The notes under the pieces are model-generated. The model was given only the letters and a program-made list of their open reading frames with translations, was not told where the DNA came from and did not search any database. Both the position numbers and the translations under genes were made by a program. DNA of 64,000 bases. Source: an uncultured Acidobacteriota bacterium. GTDB lineage: Bacteria; Acidobacteriota; Thermoanaerobaculia; Multivoradales; UBA5704. The first letter of the stretch is position 1. Every line of letters begins with the position of its first letter. Of this stretch, positions 8,809 to 19,018 are shown piece after piece. The stretch is taken from NCBI GenBank assembly GCA_963700145.1, contig OY969474.1, positions 2,816,001-2,880,000 on the forward strand, read 5' to 3'.

Positions 8809-9973
8809 GACCGGGCGCTCGCTCCTCCTCGCGCTGCTGCCGCTCGTCGTCCTCGCCGCGCTCCTGGTCTGGATCGTCCGCTCCCGCCCGAGCGAGACCC
8901 TGCGCGGCGACGCGCCGCCGGTCGAGGTCCTCCAGATCCAGCGCGTCGAGCTCCGGCCCAACGAGATGCTGGTCTCGGTCCTCAACGACGGCCCCGACCC
9001 CTCGACGATCGCGCAGGTGCAGGTGGACGACGCCTACTGGGCGTTCGAGCAGGACCCGGCCGGACCGCTCGGCCACCTCGACCGCGCGCGGCTGCGCATC
9101 CCCTACCCCTGGGTGCACGGCGAGACGCACGTCGTCCGCCTGGTCACCGCGACCGGGATCACCTTCGACCACGAGGTGGCGGTGGCGCTCGAGACGCCGC
9201 GGCCCGGCTGGCGCACCTTCGGGCTCTTCGCCCTGATCGGCCTCTACGTCGGGATCATCCCGGTGGCGCTGGGCCTGCTCTGGTACCCGCTCGCCCACCG
9301 CCTCTCGCCGCGGGCCATCGACTTTCTGCTGGCGCTGACGCTGGGCCTCCTGCTCTTCCTTCTCGTCGACACCCTGCACGAGGGGCTCGAGGCGGCGGGC
9401 GAGCTGCCGGGGAGCTTCCAGGGGGTGGCGCTCCTGGTCTTCGGCGCCGCGGCGGCCTACCTCGCGCTCGAAGCCCTGGGGGGATGGCTGTCGCGCCGGC
9501 GGAAGGGGTTGGCCGAGGCGGGGTGGGTGACGGCGCTCCTCCTCGCGATCGGCATCGGCCTGCACAACTTCGGCGAGGGGCTGGCGATCGGCGCCGCCCT
9601 GGCGCTCGGCGAGGTGGCGCTCGGCACGCTCCTCATCCTCGGCTTCACGCTGCACAACCTGACCGAAGGGCTGGCGATCGTCGCCCCGATCGCCCGGCTG
9701 CGCGTCGCCCTCGGCCGGCTCATCCTGCTCGGGTTGATTGCCGGCGCCCCGACGATCGCGGGCGCTTGGCTGGGCGGCTTCGTCTACTCGCCGGTCCTGG
9801 CGGTGCTCTTCCTGGCGCTCGGCGCGGGCGCCATCGCGCAGGTCGTGGTGCAGATCACCCGCGGCGTCGCCGGCCAGCGGCCGCTCGCCGCCTATCTCTC
9901 CAGCGCGCCGGTCGTGGCGGGCCTCTTCGCCGGCTTCGCCGTGATGTACGGCACGGGAATGCTCGTCCAGTGA
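8798..9973 (+). CDS. ZIP-family metal transporter with extracytoplasmic N-terminal domain
   Basis: GIGLHNFGEGLAIG and LHNLTEGLAI ZIP motifs; multiple TM helices. Confidence 0.9.
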   Translation: MKPETGRSLLLALLPLVVLAALLVWIVRSRPSETLRGDAPPVEVLQIQRVELRPNEMLVSVLNDGPDPSTIAQVQVDDAYWAFEQDPAGPLGHLDRARLRIPYPWVHGETHVVRLVTATGITFDHEVAVALETPRPGWRTFGLFALIGLYVGIIPVALGLLWYPLAHRLSPRAIDFLLALTLGLLLFLLVDTLHEGLEAAGELPGSFQGVALLVFGAAAAYLALEALGGWLSRRRKGLAEAGWVTALLLAIGIGLHNFGEGLAIGAALALGEVALGTLLILGFTLHNLTEGLAIVAPIARLRVALGRLILLGLIAGAPTIAGAWLGGFVYSPVLAVLFLALGAGAIAQVVVQITRGVAGQRPLAAYLSSAPVVAGLFAGFAVMYGTGMLVQ

Positions 9974-9983
9974 GGAACCGACG

Positions 9984-10379
9984 ATGACGAAACGCGCTCT
10001 GGTCCTGCCGCTCCTGGCCCTGCTCGCGACCGGCGGCGGTATCGCTCTCGCCCTGCAGGCCCCCGACCCGGCGCCGCGCACGCTGACGCTCGCCGCGCGC
10101 GGCATGTCGTTCTACCTCCCCGGCGACCCCACCCCCAACCCGCGCCTCGTCGTCGGCCGCGCCGAGGCGGTGCGGCTGGTGCTGCGCAACGAGGACAGCG
10201 GCATCCCGCACGACGTCGCGGTCCCGGACAAGAACGGCGAGCGCAAGGCCACCCGCCTCCTGCGCCGCGAGGGCGAGTCGGCAGCTCTCACCTTCCGCGC
10301 CCCCGCGACGGCGGGCGAGTACGAGTACGTCTGCACGTCCCACTCGCGGATGATGCGCGGCGTGCTGGAAGTGCGGTAG
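9984..10379 (+). CDS. Exported cupredoxin-domain protein
   Basis: Signal peptide; IPHDV...GEYEYVCTSHSRMMRG type-1 copper ligands. Confidence 0.85.
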   Translation: MTKRALVLPLLALLATGGGIALALQAPDPAPRTLTLAARGMSFYLPGDPTPNPRLVVGRAEAVRLVLRNEDSGIPHDVAVPDKNGERKATRLLRREGESAALTFRAPATAGEYEYVCTSHSRMMRGVLEVR

Positions 10380-10393
10380 TGCGGTAAGGCGCC

Positions 10394-11947
10394 CTACGGG
10401 TGGCGCCGCCGCCACCACCACCAGAAGACCGAGCCGAGAAGCGGCACCACGACGACCGCCACCGCGGCGATCAGGCGCCCGGGGACCGCGGGCGGCCGCG
10501 GGCCGCCGTCCGGCGCGCCCGGCGCGCCCGGCGTCGCCGCGGCGGCGACGCCGGCGCAGGGGACGGGGTCGAGCGCCGCCAGCTCCTGCGGCGGCCGGAA
10601 CTGCCAGGCCGTGCCGGCCACGGCGAGGAGCGGCCGCCCCTGCGCCGGCGTCCCCTTGAGCAGGCAGTAGATGTCGCCGAGCATCGAGCCGTGGTTGGCG
10701 TAGTAACCGTGGCCGAGGAAGTCGCTCTCGAGCGTCGAGGCGTTGATCGCGTCGAAGCGCTCGACGCCGCGGCTCGCCTCGAGCAGCCCGCCCGCGACCT
10801 GGCCGGCGCGCGGCTCGTCGCTGCGGATGCGGCTCGAGGCGAGCAGCGCCCGGTCGTGGTCCGAGACGTAGAGCGTGACCCGCGACGCCAGCTTCGGCAG
10901 CCTGCGCAGGAAGCGGTTCTTGAAGCGGCTCGCCCAGACGTCGGGGGCCGCCAGGACGAGCTGGTCGACGAGGGGCTCGGGCCGGTCGCCGCGGGCGTAG
11001 AGCGCCTCGGTGACGACGCGGTTGCCCATGCTGTGGGCGATGACGTGGACGCGGCGGATGCCGGCCTCTCTCTTCACCAGGTCGAGGAAGCGGTTGAAGG
11101 CGTCGATCGACTCGAACGAGACGTCGTAGTCGACCCCGTAGGCGTCGAGCGCGCCGCGCGACGGCCAACTGAACAGCATCGGCACGCCGCGGAAGTCCGC
11201 CTCGAGGTCGAAGTCGAGGTCGTAGGCGAGCTGCGCCGCGCGCCGCGCGGCTTGGTCGAAGCTGGTCTGGAAGCCGTGGACGTAGATGAACGCCTGGTCG
11301 CGCCCGGTCGCCTTGAGGTCGCGGGCCCAGGCCGCGGCGTCGGCGTACGACCGCAGCTCGGAGATCACCACGTCGCGGTCCGGGTCCTCGTCGCGCAGGC
11401 TGATGCTGAAGACCTGGAACGGCCGCTCGATCTTCCCGGCCTGGTGGCCGGGCGGGAAGGTGACCTTCAGCGTCCCGACCTCCAGCCCCTCGCTGCCGTC
11501 GGCCGGGAAGCCGCCGTAGTAGGCGCCCGGCTGGCACTCGCCGGGCTCGTCCCACCGCGCCGCCGCCTGCCGCACGCAGGGTCCCGTGCGCGCTCGGTTG
11601 GTGCCGTAGAAGAGCCGGACGAAGCGCAGGGTCTTGTCGACCAGCGGCGGCGGCGCCCCCCGGGCCCGGTCCAAGTCCGGGGGCGCCGTCACCCAGACCG
11701 GAGGCCGCTCCTCCATCGTCGCCTCGACGTCGTCGTCGTCGCCGGGGAGCGCCATGGCCATGTCGTCGTCCTCCCTCTCCGGCGGGGGCGGCGGGGGCGG
11801 CGGCGGGGGTGGAGGGGGAGGAGGAGGAGGCTCCGCCTCCACAGCGCCGGGCGGCGGCGCGGCGCTATCCGGCGCTTGGCTGGAGCACGCCAGCGCCAGG
11901 CAGACCAGCGCCAGGATCGTCAGCGGGCGCACCGCGGAGCTGGACAT
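10394..11947 (-). CDS. Alpha/beta hydrolase (DUF900-like) lipoprotein with poly-Pro linker and C-terminal TM
   Basis: LALAC lipobox; FYGTNR, YVHGF, FSWPS, AHSMG nucleophile elbow, LAAPD, GHGYY. Confidence 0.85.
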   Translation of the reverse strand: MSSSAVRPLTILALVCLALACSSQAPDSAAPPPGAVEAEPPPPPPPPPPPPPPPPPEREDDDMAMALPGDDDDVEATMEERPPVWVTAPPDLDRARGAPPPLVDKTLRFVRLFYGTNRARTGPCVRQAAARWDEPGECQPGAYYGGFPADGSEGLEVGTLKVTFPPGHQAGKIERPFQVFSISLRDEDPDRDVVISELRSYADAAAWARDLKATGRDQAFIYVHGFQTSFDQAARRAAQLAYDLDFDLEADFRGVPMLFSWPSRGALDAYGVDYDVSFESIDAFNRFLDLVKREAGIRRVHVIAHSMGNRVVTEALYARGDRPEPLVDQLVLAAPDVWASRFKNRFLRRLPKLASRVTLYVSDHDRALLASSRIRSDEPRAGQVAGGLLEASRGVERFDAINASTLESDFLGHGYYANHGSMLGDIYCLLKGTPAQGRPLLAVAGTAWQFRPPQELAALDPVPCAGVAAAATPGAPGAPDGGPRPPAVPGRLIAAVAVVVVPLLGSVFWWWWRRRHP

Positions 11948-12022
11948 TTCTTCCCTCGATCTTAAGCCAGGACGCGACGAGCCGCCCCGGGAGCGAACCT
12001 CGCCCCCGGGGCGGTCCGGCGG

Positions 12023-12727
12023 CTACTTGAAGGTGACGAGCACCCGCCGCGCGCCGCAGCCCCGGCGGTCGGCCCGGCCGGTGATCACCTGGTTGAGGCC
12101 CAGGTAGATCGTGCGGCCGTCGCCGGTGCCCGGGATCGCGAACAGGTCCTTCGTCGCCAGGGCTTGCACGCTGTTGTAGGGCTGGCCCCAGCTCACGTAC
12201 TCGTTTCTCACCACGAACTTGAGCGCCCCGTCGGTCAAGGCGAGGTGGTCTTTCACGAGGGGATTGTTGATCGCGGCGGCGTTGCTGCTCCCGTTTACCA
12301 CCGACAGGTCCTCGGCGAGCACCCACAGCTCGGCGTTGTCCGGGGCGTGGGTGCCGGCGTCGCCCGCGAAGCCGTCGTTGGTCGCCGAGTCGCCGACGTT
12401 GACGCTCCAGCCGGCGGGGAGGCCTTCGTACTCGACGACCATGTTGGCCTGCGTGCAGCCGGCGGGGATCGCGATCCGCAGCGTCGCCCGCTTCCAGTTG
12501 GCGGCGGGCGGACAGGCCGCGATCGCCGGTACGGGCGCGATCGCGGTGCAGGCGACCAGGAAGCTGACGTGCGGCGCGAAGGTCGCAGTCGTGCAGTTCT
12601 TGAGGTCGAGGTAGAACTGCCCCGTGGGGCACTGGGCCTCGCCGGCAGCCGGCAGGCCCAGGCCGGCGACGAGGGCGGTGAACAGACACACGACGGTCGT
12701 GCGAATCGATGGCATGGCTCTCTCCAT
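12023..12727 (-). CDS. Secreted hypothetical protein
   Basis: Signal peptide ending AGEA; normal codon usage; hairpin downstream at about 11982-12013. Confidence 0.65.
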   Translation of the reverse strand: MERAMPSIRTTVVCLFTALVAGLGLPAAGEAQCPTGQFYLDLKNCTTATFAPHVSFLVACTAIAPVPAIAACPPAANWKRATLRIAIPAGCTQANMVVEYEGLPAGWSVNVGDSATNDGFAGDAGTHAPDNAELWVLAEDLSVVNGSSNAAAINNPLVKDHLALTDGALKFVVRNEYVSWGQPYNSVQALATKDLFAIPGTGDGRTIYLGLNQVITGRADRRGCGARRVLVTFK

Positions 12728-12784
12728 TCGTTAGGGGTTACCTCCCTTGAACGAACGCGAGAGCGGAATCCCCTCACACCGCGT

Positions 12785-15139
12785 CTAGAGTTCCAGCCGC
12801 CGCAGCCGCAGGGCGTTGCCGAGGACGGAGAGCGAGCTGAAGCTCATCGCCGCCGCGGCGATCATCGGCGAGAGCAGGAGGCCGGTGAACGGGTAGAGGA
12901 CGCCGGCGGCGATCGGCACGCCGAGGGCGTTGTAGACGAAGGCGAAGAAGAGGTTCTGGCGGATGTTGCGCATCGTCGCCTCGGAGAGGCGGCGGGCGCG
13001 CAGGATGCCGCGCAGGTCGCCCTTGACGAGTGTCACGCCGGCGCTCTCCATCGCCACGTCGGTGCCGGTGCCCATCGCGATCCCCACCTCCGCCTGCGCC
13101 AGGGCCGGCGCGTCGTTGACGCCGTCGCCCGCCATCGCCACCTTCCGCCCCTCGCCCTGCAGGCGCTTGACGACCTCCACCTTCTGCTCCGGCAGCACCT
13201 CGGCGATCACCTCCTCGATCCCCAGCCGCCGCGCCACCGCCTCGGCCGTCGTCTTGCTGTCGCCGGTCACCATCATTACCCGCAGGCCCTGCTCGCGCAG
13301 GGCGCGGAGCGCCTCCTCCGTTCCCTCCTTGATCGGGTCGGCGACGCCGAGGAGCCCGGCCGGACGGCCGTCCACGGCGACGAACATCACCGTCTGCCCG
13401 TCGCGCCGCAGTTCTTCGGCGCGGTCGCCGGGCGCGCCGAGCGCGACGCCCAGCTCGTCCATGAGCGCGCGGTTGCCGAGCGCCACCTGCCGTCCCTCGA
13501 CGGTGCCGCGCACCCCCTTGCCGGTCGCCGATTGGAACTCCTCGGCGCGCCCCGGCTCGACGCCGCGCTCCTCGGCGCCGGCGACGATCGCCGCCGCCAG
13601 CGGGTGCTCGCTGCCGCGCTCCAACCCGGCGGCCAGACGCAGCAGCTCGCGCTCGTCGAAGCCCGCGGCGGGCTCGACCGTCACGAGCCGCGGCTTGCCG
13701 AGGGTGAGCGTGCCGGTCTTGTCCACGACGAGGGTATCCACCTGCCGCAGCACCTCGATCGCCTCGGCGTCGCGGAAGAGGACGCCGGCGGTGGCGCCCT
13801 TGCCGGTCGCCACCATGATCGAGACCGGCGTCGCCAGCCCCAGCGCGCAGGGGCAGGCGATGATGAGGACCGCCACCGCGTTGACGACGGCGTAGGCCAG
13901 CCGCGGCTCGGGCCCGACCAGCGCCCAGACCGCGAAGGTGACGACGGCCGCCAGCACGACGGCCGGCACGAACCAGCCCGACACCTGGTCGGCCAGCCGC
14001 TGGATCGGCGCCCGGCTGCGCTGCGCCTCGCCGACCATGCGGACGATCTGCGCCAGGAGCGTCTCGGCGCCGACGCGCTCGGCGCGGACGACGAGCGCGC
14101 CGGTGCCGTTGACGGTGGCGCCGACGACGCGGTCGCCGGGGTTCTTTTCGACCGGCATCGGCTCGCCGGTCACCATCGACTCGTCCACCGCGCTCGCCCC
14201 CTCCTCGACGACGCCGTCGACCGGCACCTTCTCGCCGGGGCGGACGCGGAGGCGGTCGCCGACCTGCACCTGATCGAGCGGCACGTCCTCCTCGCCGCCG
14301 TCGGGACGGAGGCGGCGCGCGGTCTTGGGCGCCAGGCCGAGGAGGGCCTTGATCGCGGCGCCGGTGCGGCTCCGCGCCCGCAGCTCGAGGACCTGGCCCA
14401 GGAGGACGAGGGTGACGATCACCGCCGCCGCCTCGAAGTAGGCACCGACCTGGCCGTGCGCGTCGCGGAAGGCGGCCGGGAAGAGGCCGGGCGCGAGCCG
14501 CGCGGCGAGGCTGTAGAGGTAGGCCACGCCGACCCCGAGGGCGATCAGCGTGAACATGTTGAGGGCGCGGTGGACGAGCGAGTACCAGCCGCGGATGAAG
14601 AAGGGCCAGCCCCCCCAGAGCACGACCGGCGTGGCGAGGAGGAGCTCGAGCCAGCCGAGGGCCCGGTGCGGCAGGAGCCGCGCGAAGGGGTCGCCCGGCA
14701 GCATCATCCCCATCGCCAGGACGACCAGCGGCAGGGTGAGCACGGCGCTCACCCAGAAGCGCCGCGTCATGTCCCGCAGCTCGGCGTTCTCCTCCTCCCC
14801 GGCCGCCCCCGTCGCCACCCGCGGCTCGAGGCCCATGCCGCAGATCGGGCAGAACCCCGGCCGATCGCGCACGACCTCGGGGTGCATGGGGCACGTCCAC
14901 TCCGTCCCTGCCGCGGGGGCCGCTGCCGCGGGCGGCGGCGGAGACGGCCGGTGGGCGACCGGATGCACGGCGTGCTCCGCTGCGGCCGCACCGCCGCCGA
15001 CATACCGCTCCGGCTGCGCGCGGAACTTCTCCAAACAGCCGGCGCTGCAGAAGAAGTACGTCTTCCCCCCATGTTGGGCGCGGAACCGCGCCTTCTCCGG
15101 ATCCACCGTCATGCCGCAGACCGGATCGAGCGCTGTCAT
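12785..15139 (-). CDS. copA: Copper/silver-translocating P1B-type ATPase with YHS and CPMH metal-binding domains
   Basis: Start [10 protein letters not shown]; [38 protein letters not shown] and MSFSS motifs. Confidence 0.95.
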   Translation of the reverse strand: MTALDPVCGMTVDPEKARFRAQHGGKTYFFCSAGCLEKFRAQPERYVGGGAAAAEHAVHPVAHRPSPPPPAAAAPAAGTEWTCPMHPEVVRDRPGFCPICGMGLEPRVATGAAGEEENAELRDMTRRFWVSAVLTLPLVVLAMGMMLPGDPFARLLPHRALGWLELLLATPVVLWGGWPFFIRGWYSLVHRALNMFTLIALGVGVAYLYSLAARLAPGLFPAAFRDAHGQVGAYFEAAAVIVTLVLLGQVLELRARSRTGAAIKALLGLAPKTARRLRPDGGEEDVPLDQVQVGDRLRVRPGEKVPVDGVVEEGASAVDESMVTGEPMPVEKNPGDRVVGATVNGTGALVVRAERVGAETLLAQIVRMVGEAQRSRAPIQRLADQVSGWFVPAVVLAAVVTFAVWALVGPEPRLAYAVVNAVAVLIIACPCALGLATPVSIMVATGKGATAGVLFRDAEAIEVLRQVDTLVVDKTGTLTLGKPRLVTVEPAAGFDERELLRLAAGLERGSEHPLAAAIVAGAEERGVEPGRAEEFQSATGKGVRGTVEGRQVALGNRALMDELGVALGAPGDRAEELRRDGQTVMFVAVDGRPAGLLGVADPIKEGTEEALRALREQGLRVMMVTGDSKTTAEAVARRLGIEEVIAEVLPEQKVEVVKRLQGEGRKVAMAGDGVNDAPALAQAEVGIAMGTGTDVAMESAGVTLVKGDLRGILRARRLSEATMRNIRQNLFFAFVYNALGVPIAAGVLYPFTGLLLSPMIAAAAMSFSSLSVLGNALRLRRLEL

Positions 15140-15630
15140 TCGATCTCCTCGAGCTTGGCCTTCATCCAGTCGATTTCGGTCTGCTGCGAGGCCACGATGC
15201 CGGCGCACAGCTCCTTGATCTCGGGGTCGCGGATCGGCGCTTGCTCGCACATGAGGAGCGCGCCCGCGTGGTGCGGGATCATCGACTTCAGGAACTGGCG
15301 GTCCGAGATGGCCGACTGCTGCCGGATCAGGAACCAGAAGGCCAGCAGCGCCACCGCGCCGGCGGCGAGGATCAGGCCGTTGAGCTTCGCATTGGGATAC
15401 ATGCCCCACATGAGCGCCAGCTCGAGGACCGCCATGGCGGCGGTCATGAGCCCCGCCATGTAGAACTGGTTGGTGTTGGGCAGCGCGTTGGCGAACCTGT
15501 CGACCATCGCGTACATCAGGACGTACATGCTCGCGAACGACAGCGCGAGCATCGCCAGCAGGCGGACGTAGTGCCCTCCTCGCTGCGCCTTGTCATGCTT
15601 GTCATGTTTGTCCTGCTTCGCGTGCTCCAT
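15136..15630 (-). CDS. DUF305 (CopM-like) Met-rich membrane protein
   Basis: [16 protein letters not shown]...SQQTEIDWM. Confidence 0.85.
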   Translation of the reverse strand: MEHAKQDKHDKHDKAQRGGHYVRLLAMLALSFASMYVLMYAMVDRFANALPNTNQFYMAGLMTAAMAVLELALMWGMYPNAKLNGLILAAGAVALLAFWFLIRQQSAISDRQFLKSMIPHHAGALLMCEQAPIRDPEIKELCAGIVASQQTEIDWMKAKLEEIE

Positions 15631-15658
15631 GTCGCACCTCCGGCGCCCATCCGGCGCC

Positions 15659-16198
15659 TCAGTGGGCGTGCGCTTCGCCGGTCTCGAGCGCTTCCATCGC
15701 CGCGATCTCTTCGGGCGTCAGCCGCGGCAGGTGCCGGATCAGGTGGACCAGCGACCAACTGCCGTAGCCGGACTCCGCCGTGCCGTTGCCCCATCCCGGC
15801 ATGCCGGTCAAGCGGATGCCGTTCTCGATGATCGCGAACAGCTCACCGTCGGAGAGCTCCTGTGTCGCGGGCAAGGTCATGTCCGGCGCCCGCGGGTACA
15901 GGTGCTCGCCGATGGTCGTCCGTCCTTTGCCGTCGTTACCGTGGCAGGTCGCGCAATGGTCTGCCCAATGCGCGCGGGCGTCGGTGAGGACGGCAGGGGT
16001 GAGGCCCAGAGGGTTCTTCTCGCCGCGCAGATCGGCGGGCACCGCCCAGCTCCGGACCGTGCGCGCGACGAAGGCCTCGATCGCCGTCGGCTCGTCGTGG
16101 GCGCTGAAGCCGCGGCGCAGCAGCCGCGCGAAGCCGCCGACCGCGAGCACGACGAGCGCCGCGCCCACGGCGATGCCGATCTTCAGGGGACGGAGCAC
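15659..16198 (-). CDS. Membrane-anchored c-type cytochrome
   Basis: GTG start two bases after the MCO stop; CATCH heme motif, GIRLTGMPGW. Confidence 0.85.
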   Translation of the reverse strand: MLRPLKIGIAVGAALVVLAVGGFARLLRRGFSAHDEPTAIEAFVARTVRSWAVPADLRGEKNPLGLTPAVLTDARAHWADHCATCHGNDGKGRTTIGEHLYPRAPDMTLPATQELSDGELFAIIENGIRLTGMPGWGNGTAESGYGSWSLVHLIRHLPRLTPEEIAAMEALETGEAHAH

Positions 16199-16199
16199 G

Positions 16200-17588
16200 T
16201 CACCTTCCCCGGGCGCCGGCAAGAGCGCCGCAGCTCCCCGCCTTGACCGCCTGGAAGGTCGCGGCAGGCCGCTCCGCCGGACGCCGTGCGCCGGCCTCCG
16301 GGCGGGGAGCGGCCGCGGCATGATGCTCGCCGACCGGCGAGGCCACCGTCCCCGCCGGGTGCTCGTACCACCCCGGGTCCTCGTCGTAGCTCGCCAGCCC
16401 CTCGCGCACCTTGAGGACGGTGAACATGCCGCCCATGAAGATCTCGCCGAAGGGCCCGTCGCCGCCGCCCATGAAGAGCGAGTTGCGCGGCGTCCCCATG
16501 TGCATCATGTCGCCCATGCCGGTGTCGCCCATCGGCATGTAGCCGGGCACGAGCTGCTCCAGCTTCTCGGCCACGCCGGTCTGATCGACGCCGGTCATGA
16601 TCGGCAGGCCGTGCCCCATCTGGTTCATCGTGTGGTGCACCTTGTGGCAGTGCAGCGCCCAGTCCCCCGGGTTGTCGGCCACGAACTCGACGTCGCGCGT
16701 CGTCCCCGGCGGTACGTTGATGCTGGTCTCGGGAATCCAGGCGGTCTCCGGCAGCGGCCCGCCGTCGCTCGCCGTCCAGCGGAAGTTGTGGCCGTGGACG
16801 TGGATCGGGTGCGAGTCCATCGAAATGTTGGCGATGCGGAGGCGCACCCGGTCGCCGAGCCGAGCGAGGAGCGGCGCGGTGCCCGGGAAGACGCGGCTGT
16901 TGAAGGTGAAGACGTTGAAGTCGAGCATCACCGTCGGGTCCGGGGTCGAGGTCCCCGGCTTGATGAACCACTCGTTGAGGAAGATGGCGAAGTCGCGGTC
17001 GACGCGGCGCCGCGGCTGGCGCGGATGGAAGACGAGGAAGCCCATCATCCCCATCGACTGCTGCACCATCTCGTCGAAGTGCGGGTGGTACATCTGCGTG
17101 CCGTGCTGGCGGACCCGGAACTCGTACTTGAAGGTCTCGCCCGGCTCGATGCGCCGCTGGTTCAAGCCGGCGACGCCGTCCATGCCGTTGGGGAGCAGGA
17201 CGCCGTGCCAGTGGACCGACGTCGGCTCCGGCAGCCGGTTCTCGACGTAGATCCGCACCCGCTCCCCTTCCACGGCCTCGATGGTCGGCCCGGGCGTCTG
17301 GCCGTTGTAGCCCCAGCAGTTGACGCGCAGCCCCGGCGCGAACTCCCGCACCAGCGGCTCGGCGACGAGATGGAAGGTCTTGTGCCCGTCCTCCCACCGC
17401 CACGGGAGGGACGACCCGTTGGGGGTGACGACGGGGAGATAGCCGCCGGCGCCGCGGCGAGCGGGCTGGGCGCCGTGCGCGGCGCCGTGCGGCTCGGCGG
17501 CGAGCAGCGGGACGCGCCGCAGCAGGCCGGCCGCGCCGGCGGCCGCCGCCGCCAGGCCGGAGGTGAGCACTTTGCGTCGCGAGATCAT
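16200..17588 (-). CDS. Tat-exported two-domain multicopper oxidase (copper resistance, type B-like)
   Basis: SRRKVL Tat motif; HWHG, YHPH, HPIHVHG, HCHKVHHTMNQM; Met-rich tail. Confidence 0.92.
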   Translation of the reverse strand: MISRRKVLTSGLAAAAAGAAGLLRRVPLLAAEPHGAAHGAQPARRGAGGYLPVVTPNGSSLPWRWEDGHKTFHLVAEPLVREFAPGLRVNCWGYNGQTPGPTIEAVEGERVRIYVENRLPEPTSVHWHGVLLPNGMDGVAGLNQRRIEPGETFKYEFRVRQHGTQMYHPHFDEMVQQSMGMMGFLVFHPRQPRRRVDRDFAIFLNEWFIKPGTSTPDPTVMLDFNVFTFNSRVFPGTAPLLARLGDRVRLRIANISMDSHPIHVHGHNFRWTASDGGPLPETAWIPETSINVPPGTTRDVEFVADNPGDWALHCHKVHHTMNQMGHGLPIMTGVDQTGVAEKLEQLVPGYMPMGDTGMGDMMHMGTPRNSLFMGGGDGPFGEIFMGGMFTVLKVREGLASYDEDPGWYEHPAGTVASPVGEHHAAAAPRPEAGARRPAERPAATFQAVKAGSCGALAGARGR

Positions 17589-19018
17589 CGTTCGTCCTCC
17601 ATGGTCTCCTGTTGCCGGGCGGGCTCGAACAGCTCCAGGCGGGGCAGGCGCGGCCGCTCGGGCCGCGCCGAGAAGCCGGTCACGCCGCTCAGCGCCGCAT
17701 CGAGCTCCGTACGCGCCAGCCAGTAGTCGCGGATGGCGAGGAGCCGCTCGCGCTCCGCGTCGGCCAGGTTCTGGCGGGCGCGCAGCAGGTCGAACGGCCC
17801 GCGCAGCATCGCGTTGTACTCGAGCTGGGTCAGGGCGAGGATCCGCTGCCGGCGCGGCACCACGACGGTGCCCAGGTACTCGGCGCGCGCCCGCGCCTCG
17901 AGCAGCCGCTCGCGCGCGGTGCGCGCCTCGGAGCGGGCGGTCACCGTCAGCGCGTGCAGCCGCTGCTCGGCGCGGCGCAGCGTCGCCACCGCGCGCGTCC
18001 GCCCCGCCAGGCCGCGGTCGAAGAGGGGGATGGGGACGGTCGCGGCGGGGCCGGTCGTCCGCTTGCCGTCCGGCTCCCGCTCCCGGTGCACGCCGGCCGC
18101 GAGCTCGTCCCAGACCTCGGAGCGCGCCAGCGGCAGCGCCCGCCGGGCCGCCTCCACCTCCGCCTGGGCGAGCGACAGGTCGATGCGGCGCGGCAGCGAA
18201 GCCTCCACCTCGTCGAGCGACCGCTCCGCGCCTTCGCCCGGCGGCGTCTGCGGCGGCAAGACCAGGGGCATCGCGTCGGGCGCGCCGAGATCGGCCAGCA
18301 GACGCTCGCGCGCCTGCAGCTCGTCGAGCTGCGCCCGGGCGAGGTCGAGCTTCGCGCCCTCGTAGCGCGCCTGCTCGGTCTCGAGGTCGAGGTCCGAGAC
18401 GTTGCCGGCCTCGTGCTGCCGCCGCGCCAGCTCGGCCGACGCCTCGGCGGCGGCGGCGATCGCCTGCTGCTGCGCGAGGGCCTGCTGCGCCGCCTGCAGG
18501 GTGTAGTAGTCGGCCCGCACCTCGGCGGCGAAGCCGAGCACGGCGCCGGCCACCCGCAGCCGCGCCGCCGCGAACTCGGCTTGGCCGAGAGCGCGCCGCC
18601 GGCCGAGCTGGAAGAGGTCGATGAGGGTCTGGGTGAGGACCACCTCGAACGGCCGCGCCGGGCTCCCGGGGAACCGCACTTCCCCCTCGAACAGGGGGTT
18701 GCGGACTGTGCTCGCCGCGATCAGCTCCGCGCGCGCGATCCCTAGCTCTTCAAGCGCGGCGAGGAGGTCGCGGTTTTGGGCGAGCGCCGTCTCGACCGCG
18801 CGCTCGACGGTGAGCTCGCCGACGAGGAGCGGCCGCAGCGGCTCGCCCGTGGGCGGCGCGATCGGCTGCGCCGGGTCCCAGGCGAGACGCTGGCCGCCGC
18901 GCTCCTCGACCAGCGTCCGCACCTCGCCGACGCCGGCGTCGCGCGGCACCGAGGCGCAGCCCGCCGCGGCGAGGGCGGCGATGACGGCGGCGAGAGACAG
19001 GAAGCGGCGCGCTCTCAT
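17585..19018 (-). CDS. TolC-family outer membrane lipoprotein (copper operon)
   Basis: AAAGC lipobox; OEP repeats; PIPLFD; DYWLARTELD. Confidence 0.9.
   Translation of the reverse strand: MRARRFLSLAAVIAALAAAGCASVPRDAGVGEVRTLVEERGGQRLAWDPAQPIAPPTGEPLRPLLVGELTVERAVETALAQNRDLLAALEELGIARAELIAASTVRNPLFEGEVRFPGSPARPFEVVLTQTLIDLFQLGRRRALGQAEFAAARLRVAGAVLGFAAEVRADYYTLQAAQQALAQQQAIAAAAEASAELARRQHEAGNVSDLDLETEQARYEGAKLDLARAQLDELQARERLLADLGAPDAMPLVLPPQTPPGEGAERSLDEVEASLPRRIDLSLAQAEVEAARRALPLARSEVWDELAAGVHREREPDGKRTTGPAATVPIPLFDRGLAGRTRAVATLRRAEQRLHALTVTARSEARTARERLLEARARAEYLGTVVVPRRQRILALTQLEYNAMLRGPFDLLRARQNLADAERERLLAIRDYWLARTELDAALSGVTGFSARPERPRLPRLELFEPARQQETMEDER

Noticed and set aside
12164-15463. 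1099-aa plus-strand ORF and similar long ORFs (29148-32516, 23011-26655, 37212-39134, most of 42434-46516)
   Set aside because: Antisense or off-frame shadows of well-supported genes, expected in high-GC DNA; only the 3' end of the 42434 ORF (yebC) is real.
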